This document shows positions 8,574 through 21,907 of a stretch of DNA of 64,000 bases, piece after piece. Source of the stretch: Acidimicrobiia bacterium (GTDB lineage Bacteria; Actinomycetota; Acidimicrobiia; Spongiisociales; JAHEDJ01). Within the stretch, counting starts at the first letter, position 1. The number at the start of each line of letters is the position of its first letter. The DNA is taken from contig JARGFH010000009.1 of the NCBI GenBank assembly GCA_029210695.1, positions 1 to 64,000 on the forward strand, in the 5' to 3' direction. The notes beneath the pieces were generated by a model. That model was not told the DNA's origin, made no database searches, and was given only the letters and a program-made list of their open reading frames with translations. Made by a program: the position numbers and the translations under genes.

Positions 8574-9107
8574 TCATCGTATTGCCTTCGAACGGGTGTC
8601 CGGAGGTTTTCCCGGTTCGTCTGCAGTCTCCAGCAACCGCCAATCCTCAGCACTGATCGACGTAGGGCGCTCATCGTGGTGCCATCTGGCAAAGTCGACG
8701 ACGATTGGTTCACAGCCGAGCACCTGCAGCTCCTCGGCTCCGAGCGGGCCGTGTTGGAAGTACGTAGCGTGGCGCCCGCCGAGCGGTAATCGGAGTTTGG
8801 CCGATGCGCTTGCGAGGGAGCGACGGATGATGCCGAGGCCCGAATGGCGTTTGCCGACATCGTGCAACAACGCGGCCCGAATCAAATCGAGCCGATCGGG
8901 TACAAGATGCTGCATGCGTGATGCTGCTCGAAAGGCATGGCGTTGATCGACCACGGGCTGGAAGAAGAAGAGCCGGCCTTCCGCATTAGAAGCCAGCCAG
9001 GCGGCGAGTACGACCCGTTCCAGTTCATCCAGCGGACGTGCGGTTGCCACCTCGAAGAATCTCCTGGCGAGATGCCACCACGATCCGATCCGACGACCGC
9101 CCTCCAC
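8574..9107 (-). CDS. HD-domain protein
   Basis: DQRH, AALLHDVGK, H..LGAE, HH, D; start (GTG 9107) inferred. Confidence 0.75.
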   Translation of the reverse strand: MEGGRRIGSWWHLARRFFEVATARPLDELERVVLAAWLASNAEGRLFFFQPVVDQRHAFRAASRMQHLVPDRLDLIRAALLHDVGKRHSGLGIIRRSLASASAKLRLPLGGRHATYFQHGPLGAEELQVLGCEPIVVDFARWHHDERPTSISAEDWRLLETADEPGKPPDTRSKAIR

Positions 9108-9114
9108 CGCGCCC

Positions 9115-9462
9115 CTAGGAACGGCGGGTCTTGCAGTCCATGCAGAGAACAGACGTCGGCCGGGCTTCCATTCTCGGCGCGCCGATCTCCTTACCGCACT
9201 TGGCGCACATCCCGTAGGTCCCCGAATCGAGCTTGGCCAGCGCTTCGTCAACCTCATCAACTTGCCCTTTGAGGCTCTCGACGAGTCCAAGGACCTCGGT
9301 GCGCTCTGCCGTCGCCGCTCCGGCATCGGCAAATCCATCACCAAACTGGACATCAGAGCGCAAATCACCGGACTCGGTCGCGCCGAGTTCCTCGAGCTGG
9401 TGAACCAGCTTCGTGCGCTCTTCAGTTAGTACCGTTCTAGCGGCGTCGTAGTTGATAATCAT
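9115..9462 (-). CDS. TraR/DksA C4-type zinc finger protein
   Basis: Coiled coil plus GTYGMCAKCGKEIG..RMEARP...LCMDC. Confidence 0.9.
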   Translation of the reverse strand: MIINYDAARTVLTEERTKLVHQLEELGATESGDLRSDVQFGDGFADAGAATAERTEVLGLVESLKGQVDEVDEALAKLDSGTYGMCAKCGKEIGAPRMEARPTSVLCMDCKTRRS

Positions 9463-10340
9463 CTGCTTCGTGGGTGCGACTCGACGTAAACCTCAATGAG
9501 GTGCTGAGGCGACACTTTCGTATACACCTGAGTGGTGGAGATACTAGCGTGGCCGAGCATTACCTGTACGGTTCGCAGATCTGCCCCTCCTTCCACCATG
9601 TGTGTGGCTGCCGAATGGCGGAGAACATGGGGGGAAACCGCGTCTTCGTCGATGCCTGCCCGCCTCGCCGCTTTGCGGACCAGACCCCACACCCCTTGCC
9701 GGCTCAGCCGCCCTCCCCTGGCGTTGAGGAACACAGCACCGGGATCGGGCCGCCCGCCCAGCACGGCTCGACGGTCGGGGAGGTATTGCTCGATCGCCGC
9801 CACGGCATGACGTCCCAGTGGGACGAGGCGCTGCTTACTTCCCTTCCCCGTGACCATCGCCGTCCCGTCCTCCAGGTCGACATCGATGACATCGAGGCCG
9901 ACCACCTCCGCCACCCTCGAACCCGAGGCGTACATGAATTCGAGGAGGGCGCGATCTCGCCTCCCTGGTGCCGTGGTCGTGTCCGGCGCTTCGATGAGCT
10001 TCTCTACGAGATCTAGGTCCAGCGCCTTTGGAAGGCGAAGGCCTCCGCGCCGGGCTTCGACGAGCGCGGTCGGATCGTCGGCAGCCGTGCCTTCTGCGAT
10101 CAGGAAACGATGTAGCCCGCGCACTGCCGCCACCTTTCTCGAGATCGTGGCAGCCGCCAGTCCGCGCCGATTGAGGTCTGCAACGAACCCATCCACCAGG
10201 AGAGGCGTCGGCGCTCGTCCTTCGAGGAAAAGCCCATAGTCGGTGAGATCCCGGCGGTACGCCAGGATGGTGGCCGGTGCTAGACCACGCTCAACCGCGA
10301 GCGATGAAAGGAACTCGGCGACTTCAGCTTCGATGCTCAT
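9459..10340 (-). CDS. xerD: Site-specific tyrosine recombinase XerD
   Basis: LAVERGLA..TILAYRRDL, RDRALLEFMYASGSR, GKGSKQR, SPHVLRHSAATH, LGHASISTTQVY. Confidence 0.93.
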   Translation of the reverse strand: MSIEAEVAEFLSSLAVERGLAPATILAYRRDLTDYGLFLEGRAPTPLLVDGFVADLNRRGLAAATISRKVAAVRGLHRFLIAEGTAADDPTALVEARRGGLRLPKALDLDLVEKLIEAPDTTTAPGRRDRALLEFMYASGSRVAEVVGLDVIDVDLEDGTAMVTGKGSKQRLVPLGRHAVAAIEQYLPDRRAVLGGRPDPGAVFLNARGGRLSRQGVWGLVRKAARRAGIDEDAVSPHVLRHSAATHMVEGGADLRTVQVMLGHASISTTQVYTKVSPQHLIEVYVESHPRSR

Positions 10341-10359
10341 ACCCTCCACGCCGAGACCG

Positions 10360-10905
10360 TTACGACGCCCACCGCGGCATTCCCTCCAACAGGCCGATCA
10401 GCGTCTTGGCATCGGTGATCGAACCATCGGCGATCGCCGACCGCACTTCCGCGAAGCTCAAGCGGATGATCTCGGCATGGCGTTCCTCAATCCCATCCGG
10501 CCGCGCTCCCACCTCCGTCAGATCGGTGGCGAGAAAAAGGTCGATGCGTTCGTCCGAGAAACCCGGTGTCGTGTTGATCGTGCGGAGATGTTCGAGCCGA
10601 CCCGGCCGGTAGCCGGTCTCTTCCTCACACTCACGGGTAGCCGCCATCTCGAGAGGTTCGTTCTCGATGTCGAGTATCCCGGCCGGTATCTCCAGCATCA
10701 GGGCTCCAAGCGGTGCCCTGAACTGCCGGACGAAGATCACGTGTCCATCGTCGATCGGTACGACGGCCACGGCTCCGGGGTGCCGGATCACGACGCGTTC
10801 GAATTCGCTTCCGTCGTGGTCACGGTAACGATCCAACTCGACGGACAGAAAAGCGACCCTGGCAACTACATGGCTTCCGGTCAGAACCGCCGGAAGAGGA
10901 TCCAC
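10360..10905 (-). CDS. NUDIX hydrolase (ADP-ribose pyrophosphatase-like)
   Basis: HPGAVAVV, EIPAG..REcEEETG, TDAKT. Confidence 0.9.
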   Translation of the reverse strand: MDPLPAVLTGSHVVARVAFLSVELDRYRDHDGSEFERVVIRHPGAVAVVPIDDGHVIFVRQFRAPLGALMLEIPAGILDIENEPLEMAATRECEEETGYRPGRLEHLRTINTTPGFSDERIDLFLATDLTEVGARPDGIEERHAEIIRLSFAEVRSAIADGSITDAKTLIGLLEGMPRWAS

Positions 10906-10906
10906 G

Positions 10907-14227
<3,321 letters not shown>

Positions 14228-14231
<4 letters not shown>

Positions 14232-15049
14232 TGCAGTCTGAGCTTCTCCGTGACCAGGCGCGGGTACGACCGTCGGGAGTGGTCGATGAACCTCACGTTT
14301 TGTGGTGCACGGCGGATCACGATCTCCTCACCCTCAGCAGCACTCCCCAGCTCATTCCCGTCCACGTTTACGCCGACCGGCCACTCTCTGACCACGGTGC
14401 ACCGAAGCTCAGTATCAGCCGGGAACACCATGGCACTCCGAAATAGGGAGTGGTGGGCGACAGGCGTGAGGATGATGGACTCGACTCGCGGATGGACGAG
14501 TGGACCTCCTGCTGACAAGTTGTAGGCGGTCGATCCTGTCGGGGTTGAAAACACGAGGCCATCAGCGTGGTACGTGAGAAACGGTTCTCCATCGATTGCG
14601 ACGTCGATGGAGACAAGCCGCTGACTCATCACTTTCTCGACTACGACGTCATTGACGCCCACGAGGGATCCGACACCGGCAATCGATGCCTCGATTGCCA
14701 TTCGCTCGACTTCGATCCAGGTGCCGGCGGCCAGCTGTGCAACGATCGAATCAATTTGCTCGGGCTCGACGTCCGCTAGGAACCCGATCCGACCTAGGTT
14801 CACTCCGAATAACGGCACGTCGATGGAGAGGGCGTGTTGAACAGCCCGTAGAACGGTCCCATCCCCCCCTACGGCCGCGACCACATCCACCGGGTCGACG
14901 TCCAGGTCCATCACCTCGATGCCCAGCACGGCGGCTGCACGTTCATCGGCCACCACCTCGAGGCCTGCGTCCCGAGCGCGGTTTACGAGTGTTCGGGCCA
15001 CCTCCGCGGCCCGATCGAGCTTGTGATGCACCACAACGCCGAGTTTCAC
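14228..15049 (-). CDS. nadK: NAD(+)/NADH kinase
   Basis: GGDGTVL, GVNLGRIGFL, DGLVFSTPTGSTAYNLSAGGP. Confidence 0.95.
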
Positions 15050-15828
15050 GCTCGCGTCATCTCCTCGATCTCCTTTTCGCTCACGATTCCGGATCCGGGC
15101 CGGAGGTGCACGAAGAACTCACGATTTCCCTTCGCCCCGCGAATCGGTGATGGAGTAATCCCGAGAGTTCCGAGACCGTAGCCATCGAGACACGCGATCA
15201 CTTGCCGAATCGCCCGGCTGTGGTCCCCAGCCTCGCGCACGATGCCGCCCTTGCCAACCTCCCCCTTGCCCAACTCGAACTGCGGCTTGACCAGCAGGAC
15301 GAGGTCGGCGCCGTCGGCGGCCAGATTCGCCAGAGCCCCACCCACGGTGCAAAGAGAGATGAAGGACAGATCCGCCACGATCAACGCGAATGGACCGCCG
15401 AGGTCGGTGCCGGCTACATAGCGAAGATTGGTCCGATCGTGAACCTCCACCCGCGGGTCCTGGCGGATCGACCAGTCCAGCTGACCGTACCCCACGTCGA
15501 CCGCGCAGACGCTTTGCGCCCCGCGTTGGAGGAGGCAATCCGTGAATCCTCCCGTAGACGCACCGGCGTCCAGACAGCGCTTCTCTGTCGGGTCGACGCC
15601 AAACGTTTCGAGCGCAAACTCGAGCTTCAAGCCGCCCCGCGATACGTATCTGCTCGATCCTCCGTCGTCGACCTCGATGGGGTCATCGTTGCCGACCAGG
15701 GATGCCGCTTTGGGGGTAGAAACCCCGCGCACGAGGACGCGCCCTTCCTCGATGGCACGCTGCGCTTCCGATCTACTCGTAACCAACCCGCGCCGGAGCA
15801 TCTCCTGGTCGAGACGGCGACGGGTCAG
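15046..15828 (-). CDS. tlyA: TlyA rRNA 2'-O-methyltransferase
   Basis: RRLDQEMLRRGL S4 start, YVSRGGLKL, DAGASTGGFTD, DLSFISL, LVKPQFE; probable CTG start at 15828 (next ATG 15801). Confidence 0.93.
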   Translation of the reverse strand: MTRRRLDQEMLRRGLVTSRSEAQRAIEEGRVLVRGVSTPKAASLVGNDDPIEVDDGGSSRYVSRGGLKLEFALETFGVDPTEKRCLDAGASTGGFTDCLLQRGAQSVCAVDVGYGQLDWSIRQDPRVEVHDRTNLRYVAGTDLGGPFALIVADLSFISLCTVGGALANLAADGADLVLLVKPQFELGKGEVGKGGIVREAGDHSRAIRQVIACLDGYGLGTLGITPSPIRGAKGNREFFVHLRPGSGIVSEKEIEEMTRA

Positions 15829-15959
15829 CCCGAACCCTCCCGCTCCGGGTCGAGCAGGTGGGCCAGGGTATCGGCGAGCGAATCGGCCTGTTCAGCGGCA
15901 TCGGCCGGGTCGGCCTGTTCGAGGTCCTCGATGAGTTTCACGATCGACGTATGATCCAT
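15825..15959 (-). CDS. Small acidic protein (44 aa), not in ORF track
   Basis: MDHTSIVKLIEDLEQADPADAAEQADSLADTLAHLLDPEREGSG; GATAAT 6 nt before ATG; stop overlaps tlyA start. Confidence 0.6.
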   Translation of the reverse strand: MDHTSIVKLIEDLEQADPADAAEQADSLADTLAHLLDPEREGSG

Positions 15960-16007
15960 GAGTCCATTATCGCCCGTGTTCCCTGGATCCGAAGCTTTTC
16001 AGACACA

Positions 16008-16769
16008 ATGATCCCAATTCGTGACACCAACCCCACCGTCATCAGGCCATTCGTCAACTGGTTGATCATCGCCGGTGCCGTTCTGGTCTTCTTCATGCTC
16101 CAACCACAGACCGAGCCGGCCGGCACCGCCTTCGCCTTCGAGTGGGCGGCGATCCCCTGCGAATTGACGACGATGGACCCCCTGGATGTTCGGGAACTCG
16201 AGACGGCGATTTGCCTATCGTCCGGCCAAGCAGGATCCGACCTTTTCCCTGAGAAGTCTGTCATGCTGGGGGTCCTGGTGTCGATGTTCCTCCACGGGGG
16301 ACTCGGGCACCTCATCGGCAACATGTGGATGCTCTGGATCTTCGGTAACAACGCCGAAGAGGCGTTCGGGTCCGGCGGATATCTCCTCTTCTACCTGCTG
16401 TCGGGTGTCGCGGCTACCGCCGGTTACGTGCTACTGAACCCCGATGGCACCGTGCCATTGGTTGGCGCATCCGGCGCGATCGCCGGCGTTATGGGGGCGT
16501 ACCTCGTGTTGTTTCCACGGGCACAAGTGGTCTCGCTGGTGCCGTTCTTCTTCTTCATCCCGTTCAACGTCCCGGCCGGGATCTACCTCATGATCTGGTT
16601 CGCCGGACAGTTCGCGATCTCCGGGGAGGCCGGCCAGATCGCCTGGGAAGCCCATGTGGCCGGCTTCGCGTTTGGTGTGGCGGTCGCCCTGCTGCTCCGT
16701 CGCCGGCTCTTGCGACGAGTCGCACGGTTGCAGCGACTGGCGGTTCCGCGCCGGATCAGGAGACGTTGA
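16008..16769 (+). CDS. Rhomboid family intramembrane serine protease
   Basis: MIPIRD, SMFLHGGLGHLIGNM, GASGAIAG, AHVAGF. Confidence 0.95.
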   Translation: MIPIRDTNPTVIRPFVNWLIIAGAVLVFFMLQPQTEPAGTAFAFEWAAIPCELTTMDPLDVRELETAICLSSGQAGSDLFPEKSVMLGVLVSMFLHGGLGHLIGNMWMLWIFGNNAEEAFGSGGYLLFYLLSGVAATAGYVLLNPDGTVPLVGASGAIAGVMGAYLVLFPRAQVVSLVPFFFFIPFNVPAGIYLMIWFAGQFAISGEAGQIAWEAHVAGFAFGVAVALLLRRRLLRRVARLQRLAVPRRIRRR

Positions 16770-17541
16770 GCGCTGCTGGCAGTTCTGCGAGGGTCGAAAC
16801 CACCAGGTCGGCGACGATCCCGACTGCTTCTGTCGGAGTGGTGATCCCGGACAAAGTCAGTACCGTTGACCATCCTGCCCGACGACCCAATTCGAGATCT
16901 GTCTCTGGACGATCGCCCACGGCGTACACGGGTCCCGCCAGAAGCTTGGCCGCGATGAGACGTCGCATGGGCTCGAACGGCTTGCCGGCCGGTTCAGCCG
17001 TCCTACCGGACGACGCTTCGAGAGCGGCAACCATCGACCCTGCTCCCGGCCACAAGTCGTTGCCGGCGGCCGGAAAGGTGTTGTCCAGATTGCTGGCAAT
17101 GAACCGGGCTCCGCCGAGTAGAGCGAAGGTTGCCTCCCTCAGCCGATCGTAGGTGAGATCCCGATCGAACCCCACGACGACCGCCGTCGCAGTTCTCCCC
17201 TCCTCCACAAGTTCGTGACCGGCGTCCACCATTGCTGTGCGCAGCCCTTCACCGCCGACGATGTAGACGCGCCGGCGACCTGCTCCCAGGAGGGCTGCAG
17301 CCGCTTCGGCCGAGGTCACCACCTGGTCGGGCTTGACCGCGTAGCCAGACAAGCGCCCGATCTTCTCCGCCACCTGGTCATTCGTCTTCGAGGAGTTGTT
17401 CGTAGCGAAGATGATGTTGTAGCCGGCCTGGTCGAGCTTTCGAAGGGCCTCACCGGCGCCCGGAATCACCGTCTCTCCCCGATAGACGACCCCGTCCAGA
17501 TCGCAGACCAGGTTGCCGACCCTGCGGGTTGGATCGCTCAC
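16756..17541 (-). CDS. HAD-IIA (NagD-like) hydrolase
   Basis: DLDGVVY, TNNSSK, AGKP, VGDRPETD. Confidence 0.93.
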   Translation of the reverse strand: MSDPTRRVGNLVCDLDGVVYRGETVIPGAGEALRKLDQAGYNIIFATNNSSKTNDQVAEKIGRLSGYAVKPDQVVTSAEAAAALLGAGRRRVYIVGGEGLRTAMVDAGHELVEEGRTATAVVVGFDRDLTYDRLREATFALLGGARFIASNLDNTFPAAGNDLWPGAGSMVAALEASSGRTAEPAGKPFEPMRRLIAAKLLAGPVYAVGDRPETDLELGRRAGWSTVLTLSGITTPTEAVGIVADLVVSTLAELPAALNVS

Positions 17542-17677
17542 GATTCCTGCAGACAATCGTTTGGCACCCGGGCAAACTACCAGGGCGGCATCGGACGTCC
17601 GGTGCAGACTCACGACGTAGTGTTGTTGCAGTGAGGTCGGCGCAGAGCATCGCTCAACCCCGGCGACTGGTGAGGCA

Positions 17678-18955
17678 ATGGAATTGACGACTGCAATCAG
17701 ATGGCTGGCAGGCGGCCTGATCGCCGCTAGATGGATGGCCTCGATGTGGTTGTTCCTACTCAACCGTCGACACGTGGTGGCTCACGCAAACGCAATACCA
17801 ACGGCGTTTGCCGGAATCATCGACGAGTCAACCTACGGGCGGTCGGTGAGCTACACCCTGGCGAGGAACCGATTCAGCCAGATCGCGGAGACGTACACGT
17901 CGCTCGTTCTGCTGGCAGTGCTGTTCAGCGGTGTTCTGCCATGGGGGTACGAACTGGCGCTGCGCCGAACCGGCACCACGTCCTGGGCGATGGCCCTGTT
18001 CCTCATTTCTGTGGGACTGGGAATGGGCCTATCGAGTTTGCCGTTCGGATGGATCGCCCGGTTCAGGCTGGAAGATCGATTCGGCTTCAACACCAGTACA
18101 CAGAGGACGTGGTGGCTAGATCTGGTCAAAGGGGCACTTCTGGCAATTGCCTTGGGATATCCCCTGCTTGTTGCGATCCTCCGGATCGTGGAGTGGTCGG
18201 GCGCCTCATGGTGGTTGTGGGTATGGGCAACGATCATGGCTCTCCAACTGACGATCACCGTACTGGCGCCTGTTCTCATCCTGCCGCTGTTCAACAAGCT
18301 GACTCCGTTGCCGGAAGGAAGCCTCAGGAACCGTCTGACGGCTCTCGCCGCGGAGACTCACTTCGAAGCTCGGAGTATCCAGGTGATGGATGGCAGCCGG
18401 CGCTCCCGTCACTCCAACGCCTTCTTCACAGGCTTCGGACGCCTTCGGAAGATTGTCCTGTTCGACACGTTGATCGAGCAAATGGAAGAAACGGAACTGG
18501 AGGCCGTGCTGGCTCACGAGATCGGGCATTCCAAGCGAAGGCACGTTCCCAAACTCCTGGTCGGCTCTGCGGCAGGATCACTCGCCGGCCTCTGGGTCAT
18601 GGCCCGACTGGGAACGGAGCCGGCCTTCGTGGAGGCGTTCGGGTTCTCGTCACCGGCCTCCACGACCGGGTTCACCGGACCGGGGGTGGCGCCGGTGCTG
18701 TTGTTGTTCGGTCTGCTCTCGGGGGCGCTGACCTTCTGGCTCAACCCTCTCGTCCATTGGACGTCGCGTCGGTACGAATACGAAGCAGATTCATTCGCAA
18801 GAGAGGTAATGGGTGACTCTCAGCCGATGATCGGCGCGTTGCGAAAACTGAACGAGAAGAACCTGAGCAATCTGACTCCACATCCCATCTACAGCAAATT
18901 CCACTACTCGCATCCGACCTTGGTGGAACGGGAGGCTGCTCTGAGGGCACCGTAG
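17678..18955 (+). CDS. M48 (Ste24-like) zinc metallopeptidase
   Basis: DGSRRSRHSNAFFTG, IVLFDTL, LAHEIGH, EYEAD, YSHP. Confidence 0.95.
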   Translation: MELTTAIRWLAGGLIAARWMASMWLFLLNRRHVVAHANAIPTAFAGIIDESTYGRSVSYTLARNRFSQIAETYTSLVLLAVLFSGVLPWGYELALRRTGTTSWAMALFLISVGLGMGLSSLPFGWIARFRLEDRFGFNTSTQRTWWLDLVKGALLAIALGYPLLVAILRIVEWSGASWWLWVWATIMALQLTITVLAPVLILPLFNKLTPLPEGSLRNRLTALAAETHFEARSIQVMDGSRRSRHSNAFFTGFGRLRKIVLFDTLIEQMEETELEAVLAHEIGHSKRRHVPKLLVGSAAGSLAGLWVMARLGTEPAFVEAFGFSSPASTTGFTGPGVAPVLLLFGLLSGALTFWLNPLVHWTSRRYEYEADSFAREVMGDSQPMIGALRKLNEKNLSNLTPHPIYSKFHYSHPTLVEREAALRAP

Positions 18956-18970
18956 TTGGCGCCCGGCGAG

Positions 18971-20305
18971 TCAGACCCGCGCCAAGAACCCCGCCACGAC
19001 TTCATCGAGCAGTTGGTAGGTGCGGTGCAGGGACTCCACGCTCACCCGCTCATTCCTCCCGTGGAACATGCCGAGGAACTCCGGGAAGTCGATGCGCTCG
19101 TCGTACCAGCCGACGCCGTAGCCCACCGCTCCTCGCTCGCGAAAGAACCTGAGATCGGTGGTCACCGGAGTCAAGGTCGGCACCACCCGGCGTGAGCCCG
19201 CCAGCAGACCGAAAGCGTCGACAATCGCCTCCCACAACGGCCCGTTCGGCGCGCTCGACGAGGCTTGGTGATCCATCACCGGAGCGACCGCGATCCGATC
19301 CCGATCGGCGCCGAGGACCTTGGAGAGGTGATCGTCGACCGTCGATCCGTCCTGGCCGGGCAATGCCCGGAAGTCGACTTCGGCGTGACCAGCTTCCGGG
19401 ATCACGTTGCTCTTCACTCCTGACTGCAACACGGTCGGGCTGACCGTGAGATGCGTGCATGCGTGTACGAACCTGGCTAACCCCATCGACTCAGCTGCCA
19501 GGTCTTCGACCACCTGATCGATGAGTTCGGGATCCAGCCAGGCAGTCGCCTGCTCGTCCGGCAACCCCAAGCCGGCCACGAACTCCCGCCACTCATCAGA
19601 GATCAAGACGGGCGCGGGAGCCTCGGCCAACCCCGCCATCGCACGAGCCAATGGCACCAGGGCGTTATCGGTTCCGTACGGCTGACTACCGTGACCCGGG
19701 GTACCGGTCGACTCGAGCGTTCGCCAGAATGGGCCCTTCTCGCCGACGTTCACCGGAAATACAGGGGACTCGGTCAGCCGGATAGCCGGATAAGCCACTT
19801 CGTTCAACACGTACTCACAGGCAATCTCGCCCCAGTGATGTTCTGTCAGGTACTTCGCACCGAATCTCGCTCCCGCTTCCTCATCGGCGACGGCGAGAAA
19901 CAGGAGATCTCCTGCAGGCTGCGGAGCTTCGCCGGACAGGTACCGATTGAAGACGGCCGCCATGGCGGTCGTCACGTTCAGCATGTCCACTGCTCCGCGC
20001 CCCCAAACGAACCTGTCATGGACTCGACCGCCGAACGGATCATGGTCCCACCCGGTTCGATCGGCCGGAACGACATCGAGGTGGCCCATGAGCATCAGTC
20101 TCGGCGCCGCCGGGTTTCTCCCCGGTACCCTGTACAGGACGCTCTGACGGCCGGGGTGGGGTTCGAAAACCGTCCCGGCCTCCCCGAAGAAACCGGCCAG
20201 CGTCTCCACCGACCGGTGCTCGTAGCCGCTCTCAGGAGTGCCGTCGTTGATGCACTGATTGCGGATCAGCATTCCGAGCAGATCGGCCAGAACCTCGCTC
20301 TCCAT
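18971..20305 (-). CDS. M20/M25/M40 metallo-hydrolase
   Basis: GHLDVVP, WGRGAVDM, ADEEAG, GHGS, HGRNER. Confidence 0.92.
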   Translation of the reverse strand: MESEVLADLLGMLIRNQCINDGTPESGYEHRSVETLAGFFGEAGTVFEPHPGRQSVLYRVPGRNPAAPRLMLMGHLDVVPADRTGWDHDPFGGRVHDRFVWGRGAVDMLNVTTAMAAVFNRYLSGEAPQPAGDLLFLAVADEEAGARFGAKYLTEHHWGEIACEYVLNEVAYPAIRLTESPVFPVNVGEKGPFWRTLESTGTPGHGSQPYGTDNALVPLARAMAGLAEAPAPVLISDEWREFVAGLGLPDEQATAWLDPELIDQVVEDLAAESMGLARFVHACTHLTVSPTVLQSGVKSNVIPEAGHAEVDFRALPGQDGSTVDDHLSKVLGADRDRIAVAPVMDHQASSSAPNGPLWEAIVDAFGLLAGSRRVVPTLTPVTTDLRFFRERGAVGYGVGWYDERIDFPEFLGMFHGRNERVSVESLHRTYQLLDEVVAGFLARV

Positions 20306-20712
20306 CAACGTCTCCTGAGCAGGTCGATCAGTTCATGCATGGAGGAGGTCACCGGAAGGTCTGAAACCTCGTCCAACCCGACCCATGCCGCGTTCGCCGC
20401 GTCGTCTCCGGGAGTCAGCGTCCCTCCGACGACCGCTGCTTCGAAATCCATCAAGATGAAATGCCAGTCGGGTCCGATAGTTTGACCGCTCCAGACCAGC
20501 TCGCCGACCTCAACGACGAGCCCGGTTTCTTCATAGACTTCACGGACGACCGCATCCTCGAGCCGCTCACCCCAGCGAACCTTGCCGCCCGGAACGGCCC
20601 ACTCACCGGCCCTGGGCGGCCGGCCACGTTCGACCATCAATAGGGCGCCGTCGCGTACGATCACTGCTCCGACTCCCACCCGGGGAAACCGGATCGGATC
20701 GTCCCTGGTCAC
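20305..20712 (-). CDS. NUDIX hydrolase
   Basis: PGGKVRWGE..AVVREVYEETG Nudix box, GDDA. Confidence 0.9.
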   Translation of the reverse strand: MTRDDPIRFPRVGVGAVIVRDGALLMVERGRPPRAGEWAVPGGKVRWGERLEDAVVREVYEETGLVVEVGELVWSGQTIGPDWHFILMDFEAAVVGGTLTPGDDAANAAWVGLDEVSDLPVTSSMHELIDLLRRR

Positions 20713-21179
20713 CGCTTTCTCCGATGCATGATGATGGAACGGGCGGAGAACCCGGAGCGCTCGAAGAAGTTTTTGGCAAGCCGGTGGCCCGGCAAAACCG
20801 GTGCGTCGAATCGTTCCGCGCCGACGGCGGTGAGATCGGCCAACGCAACGTCGAGCATTGCCTCGGCAATGCCGACTTCGCGGGCTTCCAGTTCGGTGAA
20901 AATGAAGTCGATCACGCCGACCTCCTCGCCGCCGGCCTGTACGAGAAGCGGACGGAGGCGTGAAATCAGAAAACCGACCGGGACTTCGTCGATCATTCCC
21001 AGATACACGTGGTAATCGGTTGACTCAACTCGATCGCTGAGCGAGCCCTCAATCGGCTCATCGAGACCGTCGGCAACGGGCCACATCCCATGGAGTTCGA
21101 CCATCTCGAGTTCAAGACGGCGATACAGTCGAACCAGTTCGGGGAGATCGGTTGGTTCGGCTCTGCGTACGTTGATCAC
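20709..21179 (-). CDS. GNAT family N-acetyltransferase
   Basis: AREVGIAEAML motif A, AKNFFERSGF; GTGA overlap with upstream gene. Confidence 0.85.
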   Translation of the reverse strand: MINVRRAEPTDLPELVRLYRRLELEMVELHGMWPVADGLDEPIEGSLSDRVESTDYHVYLGMIDEVPVGFLISRLRPLLVQAGGEEVGVIDFIFTELEAREVGIAEAMLDVALADLTAVGAERFDAPVLPGHRLAKNFFERSGFSARSIIMHRRKR

Positions 21180-21907
21180 CCTGGCGAGCGTAGTCGACCG
21201 AAGCGCCGTGACACTGCCCAGCGTGTCACGAGCCACATCGCCTCCGCCACTATTGCGTTGCTCATCTTCGACGTGCCGAATTTCCGGTCTCGAAACGAGA
21301 TAGGCACTTCCTCAATCCGGCACCCCTCATCTGCAGCCCGCATCGCCAGCTCGACCTGGAAGGCGTAGCCCGATGCCCCGCAGGTTTCGGCATGTAGCCG
21401 GCGGAGGCAATCCGCCCGGTAGGCGCGAAACCCGGCGGTGGCGTCGTGCGTGGAAAGGCCGAGGGCAATTCGAGCGTAGAGGTTGCCGCCCCTTGAGAGG
21501 AACCGACGGTGCCACGGCCAGTCGGGAGTTGATCCACCCGGCACGTAGCGGCTGCCCAGCGCCAGGTCGGCACCTCCCTCGAGGGCCCCGATCAAGCGCG
21601 GGAGATCGTTCGGGTCGTGGGAGAAGTCGGCATCCATCTCGCACACGACCGCCGCCCCTCCTTCCAGGGCCACAGCAAACCCCTCTGCGTAGGCAGGTCC
21701 CAGCCCCTGCTTCGTTGAGCGGTGGACGACGTCCATCAACGTATGCTGGGAAGCGAGCTCGTCGGCGAGTGTTCCGGTCCCATCTGGCGAACCGTCGTCA
21801 ACGATCAGCAGCCGGTATCCGTGGGACAGCACCGCGGTCACCAGATCCGGCAGGTTCTGTCGTTCGTTGTAGGTGGGGACTACGACGGTGACGGGGTCAA
21901 GACGCAC
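21176..21907 (-). CDS. Polyprenol monophosphomannose synthase (GT2)
   Basis: VPTYNER, VDDGSPDGT, EMDADFSH, DATAGFR, GYAFQVE. Confidence 0.92.
   Translation of the reverse strand: MRLDPVTVVVPTYNERQNLPDLVTAVLSHGYRLLIVDDGSPDGTGTLADELASQHTLMDVVHRSTKQGLGPAYAEGFAVALEGGAAVVCEMDADFSHDPNDLPRLIGALEGGADLALGSRYVPGGSTPDWPWHRRFLSRGGNLYARIALGLSTHDATAGFRAYRADCLRRLHAETCGASGYAFQVELAMRAADEGCRIEEVPISFRDRKFGTSKMSNAIVAEAMWLVTRWAVSRRFGRLRSPG

Noticed and set aside
9459..10340. Second mobile-element integrase
   Set aside because: Sequence and pyrG-NUDIX-xerD-scpAB context identify housekeeping XerD
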